Of a DNA stretch of 64,000 nucleotides, positions 17,119 through 25,788 are shown in pieces. Within the stretch, counting starts at the first letter, position 1; every line of letters begins with the position of its first letter. The stretch is from Candidatus Saccharimonadota bacterium (GTDB lineage: Bacteria; Patescibacteriota; Saccharimonadia; Saccharimonadales; UBA10212), in the NCBI GenBank assembly GCA_022841445.1, contig JALHRM010000001.1, positions 387,777 through 451,776 on the forward strand. Direction: 5' to 3'. The notes beneath the pieces are model-generated. The model searched no databases, was not told where the DNA came from, and saw nothing but the letters and a program-made list of their open reading frames with translations. The position numbers and the translations under genes are program-made.

Positions 17119-17145
17119 GCCACCTTAGCTCAGCTAGCTAAAGCA
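17119..17145 (+). pseudogene. tRNA 5'-half-like fragment
   Basis: GCCACCTTAGCTCAGCTAGCTAAAGCA is an acceptor 5' strand plus D-arm. No anticodon or T arm follows. It lies 24 nt upstream of tRNA-Thr. Confidence 0.5.
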
Positions 17146-17168
17146 ACACTCCGCACATTATAAAATTT

Positions 17169-17244
17169 GCCGTCGTAGCTCAGTTGGTAGAGCGGCGCTT
17201 TCGTAAAGCGTAGGTCACCGGTTCGATCCCGGTCGACGGCTCCA
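17169..17244 (+). tRNA. tRNA-Thr(CGT)
   Basis: GCCGTCGTAGCTCAGTTGGTAGAGCGGCGCTTTCGTAAAGCGTAGGTCACCGGTTCGATCCCGGTCGACGGCTCCA. The anticodon loop is TTCGTAA and the discriminator is U. Confidence 0.9.
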
Positions 17245-17369
17245 TATTAGGGGTCTGTGGGCGAAAGTAGTTAGTGCCTGCATGAGTTTCATAGCTTTGC
17301 CGCTTTGCACAATTGCCAGGCAATTTTGTCGCTGGCGTGTGATAACTCGAGTTCCCAAGGTGGCTCCAT

Positions 17370-17444
17370 GCGGGTATCGTATAGTGGCTAATATGTAGCC
17401 TTCCCAAGGCTGAGCCGAGAGTTCGATTCTCTCTACCCGCACCA
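17370..17444 (+). tRNA. tRNA-Gly(CCC)
   Basis: GCGGGTATCGTATAGTGGCTAATATGTAGCCTTCCCAAGGCTGAGCCGAGAGTTCGATTCTCTCTACCCGCACCA. The anticodon loop is TTCCCAA. Confidence 0.9.
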
Positions 17445-17484
17445 CTCACCCTTACTTTTATGTAGCAGTATAAAATTTCATCCA

Positions 17485-17514
17485 TTGACATCCAGCGTAC
17501 TAGTGTGCTAGTAT
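17485..17514 (+). promoter_or_regulatory. promoter giving a leaderless mRNA for the TrpR/YerC-like gene
   Basis: TTGACA (17485-17490), an 18-nt spacer, TAGTAT (17509-17514), then 6 nt and ATG 17521. Confidence 0.6.
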
Positions 17515-17520
17515 GCTGAT

Positions 17521-17796
17521 ATGAAAGATGATAAAAAACGTTTTAATGAGCTCGTGGAACTCATTTATTCGGCAGACAGTAAGGCGCTGCTCAATGATCT
17601 ACTTGTTGGCATCACAACGCCTGCCGAGCGCGAAGCACTTACTAATCGGATTGAAATTGTCCGCAGACTATTAAAAGGTGACCCACAAGCAGATATTGCC
17701 GCTGACCTTGGTGTTGGTATAGCTACTGTTACTCGCGGTTCACGTGAACTTGCCGATGGCAGGTTCAAAATATTGCGAGGAAATAATGACGATTAA
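17521..17796 (+). CDS. TrpR/YerC/YecD-family DNA-binding protein
   Basis: LLNDLLVGITTPAEREALTNRIEIVRRLLKGDPQADIAADLGVGIATVTRGSRELADG fits the YerC/TrpR helix-turn-helix pattern. Confidence 0.75.
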   Translation: MKDDKKRFNELVELIYSADSKALLNDLLVGITTPAEREALTNRIEIVRRLLKGDPQADIAADLGVGIATVTRGSRELADGRFKILRGNNDD

Positions 17797-17935
17797 TGCT
17801 ATTCAACTAAACTCCTGGCGGTATTGGAGTGCTCCAGGAGATTTGCTTGGCTAATCAGTATCGACTTTAACAAGTAAATCCTCCTGGCAGTCAGGGTGGG
17901 GCTTACTAATTTGAATTTAAGAAACGAGAAATTCC

Positions 17936-18919
17936 ATGAAAATCATTCATGCGCCGGAATCACCTATGCCAGAACCATACAAAACCTACGTTGCACAGCG
18001 TGCCGAAAATATTGCGGCCGTATTGGGAAGCATTAGGGCGCTACAGACCGAACAAGACATGCAGCTTTGTTCTCGGGCAATCACTCCAGATGAAGTTTTG
18101 GTGGATGGGGATGTGTATGGTTGTGTTGTCGGCGATACGAACGCTGGCTATAAGTCTGTATTGTACAAATCCAATAACTCAGGTATCGCTACACATTCTG
18201 CCGAAGATGCGCTTCGCTATGTCGAAGCATCGCTGCATATGGGCAATAGGGTAAGGATGAAAGATCCGCGGGAGTCAGATGGTATGGGGCAAAGTGTCGT
18301 AGAAACTTGCGAACAGGCCGAAGCAGTTCTTGAGGCGTTCGATGCACTTAGCACGACTGGTATCGTACTCATGCCGCATATTGCACGTATTACTGACCGG
18401 TTGAGTTTTGGGCGCATCAATCTTGAAGGTGCAGGTTCATTCCAATACGTTGGCCGGGAAGAAGTGCTGCGCCGAAACGGAGGTGAACTATTTGCTGGCG
18501 CCGATATTGCTCTTAGTCGAGGGGATAGTTTGCATGTTGAACGCGCCATGCGTCAGCTACACATAGAGCCCCGCGCTCTGGAGGTGGCAGAAAGAGCAAT
18601 AGCGCGTTTCAAAACTCATGCGATACGCAGCGGACGGGTGAGTGTTGATGTACTTTCCGGTTACACAGACAGCGGCAAAAAAATTACGGCTGCTGTAGAT
18701 GTAACACCGAGGGTAGGTGGCAATACGCCGGCCGAAGTACTGGCCATCAGCGCATTGATGGCCTATCGCTCTGGAATCGCCTATGCATCGGGCCGGTTAG
18801 TCTACGACCCACGGTCCGCCTCACGACCTGAAGATGCAACTACCTTTGTCGACACCGATACGCTGCTCATCCATGCTAGAGTTCAATCATTAGAGGAGTG
18901 CGACCGAGATGCAGACTAA
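17936..18919 (+). CDS. hypothetical protein (327 aa)
   Basis: A long ORF whose 3' end overlaps the next gene by 11 nt, suggesting translational coupling. Confidence 0.5.
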   Translation: MKIIHAPESPMPEPYKTYVAQRAENIAAVLGSIRALQTEQDMQLCSRAITPDEVLVDGDVYGCVVGDTNAGYKSVLYKSNNSGIATHSAEDALRYVEASLHMGNRVRMKDPRESDGMGQSVVETCEQAEAVLEAFDALSTTGIVLMPHIARITDRLSFGRINLEGAGSFQYVGREEVLRRNGGELFAGADIALSRGDSLHVERAMRQLHIEPRALEVAERAIARFKTHAIRSGRVSVDVLSGYTDSGKKITAAVDVTPRVGGNTPAEVLAISALMAYRSGIAYASGRLVYDPRSASRPEDATTFVDTDTLLIHARVQSLEECDRDAD

Positions 18920-19601
18920 AAAAATACTGGTAATTGCGGCTCTGCACGGTGATGAAACTTTCGGATTGAAAGTTGTCGCCAATCTGCGTGCCGCAAATCA
19001 CCCAAATATTGTCACATTCATTGCTCACCCAGAGGCAATCGCTAAGCGAAAGCGATTTCTTGATACAGATCTAAATCGAAGTTTTGGATTAAGTAGTCAT
19101 TCGAAAGAAGTTCAAATCGCCGAATCAATACGGGCGCAGGTTGTAGCCAGTAAGTATGATCTACTGCTTGACATACATACATCGCACGCCGATGTAGGCG
19201 AACTCGCGATATTGGCAAACCACTCACCTCAACTTATTGCCGTATCAGAGGCTCTCGGTATGAAAAATGTAGTCGTCATGCCATACGTGCAATCCCGACA
19301 CTCACTTATAGGTCAGTTCTCAAAGACTGGTATTTCGCTGGAGTATGGTCTTGGCTACCGTTCGGATAAACTTGCCCGACAGGTTGCCGAACGGGTACTT
19401 GCACTTCCAGCAATTAAGCTGGATCAAAAAGTCCCCCGGAATATTCCAACATTTACGGTGTTACGAACAATCAATAAAGACGAAGTTGGCGATAGGTTAC
19501 TCATAAACTACAAATTTGATAAGCAGCTAGGAGGGTATCCGGTGCTCAGCGCCGTAGACAACTATCCTGATCACCGCGGATTTCTTGCCAGCAAGGTATA
19601 A
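18909..19601 (+). CDS. succinylglutamate desuccinylase/aspartoacylase (AstE/AspA) family zinc hydrolase
   Basis: KILVIAALHGDETFGLKV is the HxxE zinc site. LLLDIHTSH supplies the second His. Confidence 0.65.
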   Translation: MQTKKILVIAALHGDETFGLKVVANLRAANHPNIVTFIAHPEAIAKRKRFLDTDLNRSFGLSSHSKEVQIAESIRAQVVASKYDLLLDIHTSHADVGELAILANHSPQLIAVSEALGMKNVVVMPYVQSRHSLIGQFSKTGISLEYGLGYRSDKLARQVAERVLALPAIKLDQKVPRNIPTFTVLRTINKDEVGDRLLINYKFDKQLGGYPVLSAVDNYPDHRGFLASKV

Positions 19602-19648
19602 GCCTTGCGCCACTAGCGTTTCGCTACAGGTCTAGTAGAATAGTAGTA

Positions 19649-20002
19649 ATGAACTCTAAGCGCTATTTGCATGACCGCTTTGTACTTTCTATGGTTACCG
19701 CCATGAGTATATTGGTGGTAGTTGGACTCAGTTCGGTGTTGCTTAGGTTTGATTCCGGTAAGAATCCCACAACTGTTGCAGAATATCGCCAGAGTTTGTC
19801 GTCGAGTGGCTATATTGCCGGAACCCCAATTGATATTTACTTGATGGGCATTTTTATTATCCTAGTTGCCGTCATGGCATTAGTACTCAGCCGCAAAATT
19901 TATTCAATCAGGCGGTTTGTTTCCTATTTTTTGTTGGCAGGAACTAATTTCTTACTCATTCTGACTATTATTGTGTCTAACGCATTAATTAACTTGCAAT
20001 GA
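19649..20002 (+). CDS. small membrane protein (117 aa, 3 TM)
   Basis: It has three hydrophobic helices. TAGAAT (19636-19641) lies 7 nt before the ATG. The stop overlaps the next start (ATGA). Confidence 0.5.
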   Translation: MNSKRYLHDRFVLSMVTAMSILVVVGLSSVLLRFDSGKNPTTVAEYRQSLSSSGYIAGTPIDIYLMGIFIILVAVMALVLSRKIYSIRRFVSYFLLAGTNFLLILTIIVSNALINLQ

Positions 20003-21597
20003 ACATACAGGATCTTGAAATTCCGCATCCGCATGAGCGCGATTGGCGCTATCGTGTATTCGAAATATTACCCGCAGTTCTTACTTGGTTAGTGCTCGCT
20101 TTGCCACTTTTGCTCGGGCTTTTTAGTCCCGATATTGCGGCGGTGTTTGTTATCGCGTATATGCTGTTGTGGTTCTTTCGAGCGATTGGGCTCAACATGC
20201 GCTCGCTTCAGGGTAATCGAATGATGAATCAGCACAAGAAACTCCGCTGGGATCAGCTTAATAATGATCTTGAAAATCTAAAAGTCACGATGTCGCATTC
20301 CCCAAAGTGGCACGGAGAAAACATTGCACGTGTTGCACGCGATCAAGCGCAGCGTAAGCGAGTAAAGCCATCCGAAGTAATTCAAGCGGTCGTAATTGCC
20401 ATGTACAAGGAAACTCGCGACACACTGGAACCTACCATGGAAGCAGTGTTGGCATCCGAGTACAACCCTAAGCAGGTTGTTATAGTTATCGCCTATGAAG
20501 AGCGGGGCGGTGAAGATGCCGAAAAACTGGCCAATTGGCTAGTCAAAACCTACCAAAATAAGTTTATGCACATTATGGCGGTAAAGCATCCAAAAGACAC
20601 TCCCGGTGAGGTTGTAGGAAAGGGCGGCAATATTACCTACGCAGCCAGACGTTTGCAGAAGTATCTAGAATCCCAAATGATCGAGCCTCGCCGAGTACTT
20701 GTTACGACATTAGATGCCGATAACCGTCCTGACAAAAAATATTTTGGGGCCCTAGCGTACACCTTCTGTTCAACCGACGACCCGAAACATGTTTCGTACC
20801 AGCCGATCGCTATGTATCTTAACAATATTTGGGATGCGCCGGCACCGATGCGCGTCATTGCCACCGGTAACTCATTCTGGATGGTTATTCAAACATTAAG
20901 GCAGCACACGCTCAGAAATTTCTCAGCACACGCCCAGCCAATGGAGGCCTTGATAGATACTGGTTTTTGGAGTGTACGTACCATAGTAGAAGACGGTCAT
21001 CAGTTCTGGCGAACCTACTTTCGCTATGACGGTAAGCACGAGGTGTTCCCGATATTTGTACCAGTGTACCAGGATGCCGTATTAAGCGATGGCTATGTAC
21101 GTACGCTTCGAGCACAGTTCGTACAATTGCGTCGCTGGGCGTGGGGGGCAAGCGATATCGCCTATGTGGTTAAGATGGGGTACCAGACAAAGAATAAGTT
21201 ACCCAGGGTCGACTTATTGTTCAAGACCCTTCGTCTTATCGAGGGTCATTTAAGCTGGGCTACGGCACCGCTCATTATTACCTTTGCTGGCTATTTGGCA
21301 CTACTGTTTAATCCGGAAAGTTATATCAGTAATCAAATTCCGATTATTGCTAGCCAGGTGATGACGATTGCACTCGGCGGTATATTGATCACCCTATTTT
21401 TAAGTTTGCGCAGCTTGCCACCAAAACCATTACGATATAGACGTCATCGAACATTATGGATGGTGCTGCAGTGGGTATATTTACCTGTGACGACAATCGC
21501 CTACAGCTCTTTTGCGGCTCTGTACTCACAGACGAGACTTGCCTTCGGTAAATACTTGGATAAATTCGACTTCACCGAAAAAGCTGTCAAAAAATAG
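19999..21597 (+). CDS. integral-membrane processive family-2 glycosyltransferase (cellulose/chitin/PNAG-synthase-like)
   Basis: VVIAMYKE, TLDADNRPD, VEDGHQ and the QxxRW motif QLRRWAWGA are present. TM helices flank the domain at both ends. Confidence 0.75.
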   Translation: MNIQDLEIPHPHERDWRYRVFEILPAVLTWLVLALPLLLGLFSPDIAAVFVIAYMLLWFFRAIGLNMRSLQGNRMMNQHKKLRWDQLNNDLENLKVTMSHSPKWHGENIARVARDQAQRKRVKPSEVIQAVVIAMYKETRDTLEPTMEAVLASEYNPKQVVIVIAYEERGGEDAEKLANWLVKTYQNKFMHIMAVKHPKDTPGEVVGKGGNITYAARRLQKYLESQMIEPRRVLVTTLDADNRPDKKYFGALAYTFCSTDDPKHVSYQPIAMYLNNIWDAPAPMRVIATGNSFWMVIQTLRQHTLRNFSAHAQPMEALIDTGFWSVRTIVEDGHQFWRTYFRYDGKHEVFPIFVPVYQDAVLSDGYVRTLRAQFVQLRRWAWGASDIAYVVKMGYQTKNKLPRVDLLFKTLRLIEGHLSWATAPLIITFAGYLALLFNPESYISNQIPIIASQVMTIALGGILITLFLSLRSLPPKPLRYRRHRTLWMVLQWVYLPVTTIAYSSFAALYSQTRLAFGKYLDKFDFTEKAVKK

Positions 21598-21626
21598 TTG
21601 CACTTATAACAATATAGTTATATAAT
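21598..21626 (+). promoter_or_regulatory. promoter giving a leaderless mRNA for the 21634 ORF
   Basis: TTGCAC (21598-21603), a 17-nt spacer, TATAAT (21621-21626), then 7 nt and ATG 21634. Confidence 0.55.
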
Positions 21627-21633
21627 AATTTAT

Positions 21634-21945
21634 ATGACACGACCACATCAAGAACCAGTTGATTTTGACGATTTACACATTGCAGCTCGACTCGTGCGAG
21701 AAAGTGCAAGTGGAGGCGACACTGCTACACCCGGAGCAGTATTATTAGCTGCAAGATGGCTGATTGATCCGAGATTCGATGCAACTTCTCTAGATCCAGC
21801 AATGAGCGTGGAGGATATTCAGACTGGAAGAGATCTACGTTTGAGTATCCTAAGGGGCTATGGTGTTGTGGGCGAACCAGCAACCCCGGACGACTCTACG
21901 GCCGTTGCCCCGAAAATCATCAGCGACACCTGGGGCACTTTCTGA
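21634..21945 (+). CDS. hypothetical protein (103 aa)
   Basis: An ORF with a leaderless-type promoter. Confidence 0.45.
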   Translation: MTRPHQEPVDFDDLHIAARLVRESASGGDTATPGAVLLAARWLIDPRFDATSLDPAMSVEDIQTGRDLRLSILRGYGVVGEPATPDDSTAVAPKIISDTWGTF

Positions 21946-21954
21946 TATTAGTCT

Positions 21955-22389
21955 CTAGTTTTTTCGAGTAATCCTAACCGAATCAGCCGCGTACTCGGCA
22001 CTGTAGCGTAGGTAAGATGTTCTGTTATAGCGATGCAGTACAGTCTGGGCTGCCTTTATGATATCTGCCGCGGGCATCGGACTCATCTTCGCCAATGATT
22101 TACCCATCAATGTACTAATAATTGTGGTGGTGAGTTCGGCGGCAGATTCGTACTGATCATTTTCTGGCAGAGATTTTAGGATGCTGATGAAAAGTTTGTC
22201 CCTCAAAAATGGTTTGATGCTCCCATCTTCATAGCTGACAACTATTGATGATGCAGTGTCGGGGGATTCAATAGTAGTAAAAACTGCCGCACAATGCCGG
22301 CAACTGCGACGTCGCCAAATATTATTAGAGCGTTTCTGGAGCCGACTGTTAGTTACGTTAGTATTTCCAGAACAATATATGCATACCAT
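21955..22389 (-). CDS. nrdR: transcriptional repressor NrdR
   Basis: The zinc ribbon is CIYCSGNTNVTNSR...RRRSCRHCAAVFTTIE. An ATP-cone follows. Confidence 0.85.
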   Translation of the reverse strand: MVCIYCSGNTNVTNSRLQKRSNNIWRRRSCRHCAAVFTTIESPDTASSIVVSYEDGSIKPFLRDKLFISILKSLPENDQYESAAELTTTIISTLMGKSLAKMSPMPAADIIKAAQTVLHRYNRTSYLRYSAEYAADSVRITRKN

Positions 22390-22499
22390 GACTACATATT
22401 GTCATAACGCTAATGATTTTGCCAGTGGATAAGATCACTATTTAGGTGGATAAGAGTCTATCTAAGAAGTTGGGTGCTAGTTAGTTATTCTGTTCTCAA

Positions 22500-22531
22500 C
22501 TTGAAAACCCCTCCTGATTTCTCAGAAGGGG
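22500..22531 (-). terminator. intrinsic terminator
   Basis: The minus strand reads CCCCTTCTGA-GAAA-TCAGGAGGGG followed by TTTTC. Confidence 0.65.
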
Positions 22532-22554
22532 CTAAATGACCACCCTAATTTCAC

Positions 22555-22668
22555 TTAAGCGACTACTTGCTTACGACGCTTGATCCTCATGGCTTTTGGC
22601 CGAGAAGTATCCAGCTCTTCGTAAAACAGAGCAAATCCCTCAAGTGAGTTACCGTTATTGGTACTCAC
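22555..22668 (-). CDS. possible 37-aa small protein
   Basis: The GTG start is preceded by GAGG at a 5-nt spacing. The sequence is (M)STNNGNSLEGFALFYEELDTSRPKAMRIKRRKQVVA. A terminator lies about 25 nt downstream. No homology was recognised. Confidence 0.2.
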   Translation of the reverse strand: MSTNNGNSLEGFALFYEELDTSRPKAMRIKRRKQVVA

Positions 22669-22866
22669 ATAAACCTCACGTTAACATGCTAATGTTAGCA
22701 TTAATATGCAATATAATCAAGCTTATGTTGTACTAATTATATACATAAGCAGTATCAGTAATACAGGGACGAAACAGGGTAACGATAAAGTGGATAACTT
22801 CGCAGAAAACTTACTAAATGACCTGAAGCTCGCTGCACTGCATGTTAGACAGACAGCATTAGGGTA

Positions 22867-22943
22867 TGGTGGGCAATATAGGATTCGAACCTATCACCTC
22901 CACAACGTCAATGTGGCGCTCTAGCCAAATGAGCTAATTGCCC
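22867..22943 (-). tRNA. tRNA-Val(GAC)
   Basis: The reverse complement is GGGCAATTAGCTCATTTGGCTAGAGCGCCACATTGACGTTGTGGAGGTGATAGGTTCGAATCCTATATTGCCCACCA. The anticodon loop is TTGACGT. Confidence 0.9.
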
Positions 22944-23099
22944 TAAACAGTACTCGCACATTATAGCGTAATCCTACGTCATAGGTAAGTAGTGCGATCG
23001 CGACTAACCATATCATATATGGTATAAATTATAAGACTATAAAAATCCTGAAAAATAAAGCGAAAAGTACTAGCATTTTCCGGCTAGCTCATGTATATT

Positions 23100-23365
23100 A
23101 GCTGTACGAGGCAGAGTTTTGCGGTGTGTTATACTTCACACCAGAGCAGTGAGGGCGGAATCACCAACCGCTTGAGCTCCGTGAATGGAAGTCTACGTTA
23201 AGACATCCGAACAAGTGCCCGTTCACCTAAACAATCGTTAGGTGACAGGGAAGTCCGGTGGAACCGCCGACGTGGCAGCACAATAATGTGCGACGTTGGT
23301 CCGAGACGCGCTACTTGGTACAAATGCAATTGCGAGGGCATTGGTATCAAGAGCGCGTTTTTGCT
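23100..23365 (+). promoter_or_regulatory. structured thrS leader, a candidate T-box riboswitch (Thr)
   Basis: GUCCGGUGGAACCGCCG (23253-23269) resembles the T-box AGGGUGGNACCGCG. Its UGGA matches the UCCA end of tRNA-Thr. A hairpin loop GGCGG-AAUCACCAA-CCGC presents ACC-A. A terminator (23306-23362 plus UUUUU) lies just before the SD. Confidence 0.45.
23306..23362 (+). terminator. leader terminator upstream of thrS
   Basis: ACGCGCTACTTGGTAC pairs with GTATCAAGAGCGCGT and is followed by TTTTT. The GGAGG SD lies 15 nt further on. Confidence 0.6.
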
Positions 23366-23389
23366 TATTAAACCAAGGAGGACTACCGA

Positions 23390-25243
23390 ATGAGCGATCA
23401 ACAATCAGACGCAGAAGTCATGAGGCACAGTTTGGCGCATATCATGGCCTACGCAGTTCAGAATCTCTGGCCGGAAGCACGTTTTGGCGTTGGGCCAGTA
23501 GTGGAGAATGGATTTTATTATGATATTGAAGTACCCGGTGTCGCTCTAACAGATGGTGATTTTAAAAGAATCACTACTGAGATGGCTAAAATCATCAAAC
23601 AGGATGTGCCGTTCGAACGGATTGAAATGCCCATCGATGATGCAATTGCATGGGCGAAAGACGCCAAGCAGCCCTATAAAGAGGAGCTACTTAATGACTT
23701 AAAACGTGCCGGTACGACGGTCGCCAAAGACCTCAACAGTGAAGAACTTGGCACCATTACCGAAGGAACATCTAAGGTAGACAACGTTTCTTTCTACAAG
23801 TGCGGTGATTTTACCGATCTGTGCCGTGGCCCTCATGTTGCATCAACTGGCAAAGTCGGAGCTCATAAATTGACCCGGATTGCCGGAGCCTACTGGCGCG
23901 GCAAAGATACGAATCCTCAGATGCAGCGCCTCTACGGCGTAGCTTTTCCGGATAAGCAGCAGCTTGATCAATATTTCGTAATGCTCGAAGAAGCCAAGAA
24001 GCGTGATCATCGGGTACTCGGCGAACGGCTTCAACTCTTCTTTATAAGTCAGGATGTTGGCGCTGGTTTACCCCTGTTAATGCCGCGCGGTGAAACGATC
24101 AAGCGGCAGTTAATGGATTACATGCGGGAGCAGGAAGAAGCCGCTGGCTACCAGTATGTATCAACTCCGGTGCTGACCCAGCGTAAATTGTATGAACGTT
24201 CCGGCCATGCCGATTATTATCTCGAAAATATGTATGCCACCCAAGAAGACGAAGAGGGCAACCAGTTTTTCATCAAGCCAATGAACTGCCCGCACCACCA
24301 TATGATTTACGAAAAACTAGTAAAAAGTTACCGAGATTTACCGCTTCGACTTAGTGAGCATGCCGGCTTATATAGGTATGAGCTATCCGGTACATTGACG
24401 GGCTTAATCCGCATGCGAGGCCCGATTACCCAGAATGATTCGCACACCTATGTAGCCGGAGACCAATTAAAACAGGAATTTCGTGATGTTCTTGAGATGT
24501 TCCGAGACACGTACGCCCAGACCGGGATTGAAGATTATTGGTTCAGGCTGTCGCTACCGGATTTTGAAAAGGATAAGTTTGCCAAAGAAAGTGACAAATG
24601 GGATCTAGCTGCCGGAGTAATTCGCGAAGTATTGGAAGAATCAAAACTGCCTTATGTTGAAGGAGTCGGCGAAGCGGCCTTTTATGGACCAAAACTCGAT
24701 GTACAGATCAAAAACGTCATGGGTAAAGAAGATACCATCGCTACCGTGCAGATCGATATATTGGTGCCAGAGCGGATGGGGCTTACTTATGTAAATACTG
24801 AAGGTCAAGAAGAAAGGCCTTTCGTGATCCATAAATCCATTATGGGGGCGTTTGAGCGTTTCATGGCAATACTTTTGGAGAAGACCGCAGGCAATTTGCC
24901 GGTGTGGCTAGCCCCTGAACAGCTGCGCGTAATCACGCTTAATCAAACTGATGAAATAGTTAATTTTGCCGAAAGCGTTGTAGAAAAAGCAAAGGAACTC
25001 GGCCTCCGTGTTACGGTTGATAACGACAATGAGTCAGTTGGCAAAAAAATCCGTTCAGCTGAGACCATGAAAGTGCCATACAGTATTGTTATTGGTGGTC
25101 AGGAAGTCGAAAGCGGGGAAGTTTCGCCGCGTATTCGGCAGGATATGGTAGTGGTTAACGCGCCAACTCGTCATCCGATCGATAATTTCCTGAAATCGAT
25201 TGCCAACGAAGCAAAATCCCGCGTTTCTAAATCATCTCTATGA
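23390..25243 (+). CDS. thrS: threonine--tRNA ligase (no N-terminal TGS domain)
   Basis: HSLAHIMAYAVQNLWPEARFGVGPVVENGFYYD is the editing domain. Class II motifs include FIKPMNCPHH and GLIRMRGPITQNDSH. A C-terminal anticodon-binding domain is present. Confidence 0.9.
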   Translation: MSDQQSDAEVMRHSLAHIMAYAVQNLWPEARFGVGPVVENGFYYDIEVPGVALTDGDFKRITTEMAKIIKQDVPFERIEMPIDDAIAWAKDAKQPYKEELLNDLKRAGTTVAKDLNSEELGTITEGTSKVDNVSFYKCGDFTDLCRGPHVASTGKVGAHKLTRIAGAYWRGKDTNPQMQRLYGVAFPDKQQLDQYFVMLEEAKKRDHRVLGERLQLFFISQDVGAGLPLLMPRGETIKRQLMDYMREQEEAAGYQYVSTPVLTQRKLYERSGHADYYLENMYATQEDEEGNQFFIKPMNCPHHHMIYEKLVKSYRDLPLRLSEHAGLYRYELSGTLTGLIRMRGPITQNDSHTYVAGDQLKQEFRDVLEMFRDTYAQTGIEDYWFRLSLPDFEKDKFAKESDKWDLAAGVIREVLEESKLPYVEGVGEAAFYGPKLDVQIKNVMGKEDTIATVQIDILVPERMGLTYVNTEGQEERPFVIHKSIMGAFERFMAILLEKTAGNLPVWLAPEQLRVITLNQTDEIVNFAESVVEKAKELGLRVTVDNDNESVGKKIRSAETMKVPYSIVIGGQEVESGEVSPRIRQDMVVVNAPTRHPIDNFLKSIANEAKSRVSKSSL

Positions 25244-25788
25244 GTACGCTAAGCACCGACAAGCAAAAACCGATATTGGCGGTGGATCTGGATGATGTAC
25301 TGGCAACTTCTAACGAAGTGCTAAATAATTTCATTAATGAGCGTTATGGAACCAGCTACAAACTAGATGACTACAACGGAGGTAGTCTCAAGGATATTTG
25401 GAAAATTTCATGGCTGGAAGTTAAGCAACGCCTGGATGTATTCGACAAAGAGGTGGGGCAAGGTGCAATTAAGCCAGACCCTGAGACTATTGTGGTTCTG
25501 AAAAAATTGAAAGTAAAATACGACCTTGTGATTATTACTGCACGTCATTCGCACTTTACGGTGATCGATGATGACACTGTAGTGACCAAGGCTCATGCTA
25601 TGCGCGAAATTGGTGCATTTTGTTTAATCGATGACAATGTTGAGCACTGCGAGATCGCCGCGGCTGAGGGGCTGGAAGCGATACTTTTTGGTGAGCTACC
25701 CTGGAACAGGAATGCGATACTGCCACCCGGAGTGCGGCGTGCAAAAAATTGGCAGGAGGTTGCAGAATACTTCGATGAGCAGAGTTGA
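25240..25788 (+). CDS. HAD-superfamily 5'(3')-deoxyribonucleotidase (NT5C)-like hydrolase
   Basis: The DxDxV motif is ILAVDLDDVLA. VIITARHS and CLIDDN are also present. The start overlaps the thrS stop. Confidence 0.6.
   Translation: MSTLSTDKQKPILAVDLDDVLATSNEVLNNFINERYGTSYKLDDYNGGSLKDIWKISWLEVKQRLDVFDKEVGQGAIKPDPETIVVLKKLKVKYDLVIITARHSHFTVIDDDTVVTKAHAMREIGAFCLIDDNVEHCEIAAAEGLEAILFGELPWNRNAILPPGVRRAKNWQEVAEYFDEQS

Noticed and set aside
17180-17491. ORFs across the tRNA-Thr/tRNA-Gly locus; likewise 22706-22924 over tRNA-Val and 57817-58011 over tRNA-Ala
   Set aside because: They overlap tRNA genes and intergenic sequence and have no coding features.
25631-25774. The N-terminal 48-aa extension of ORF 25631-26275
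   Set aside because: It overlaps the HAD gene in another frame and has no family similarity. The MGMT-like domain starts at ATG 25775.
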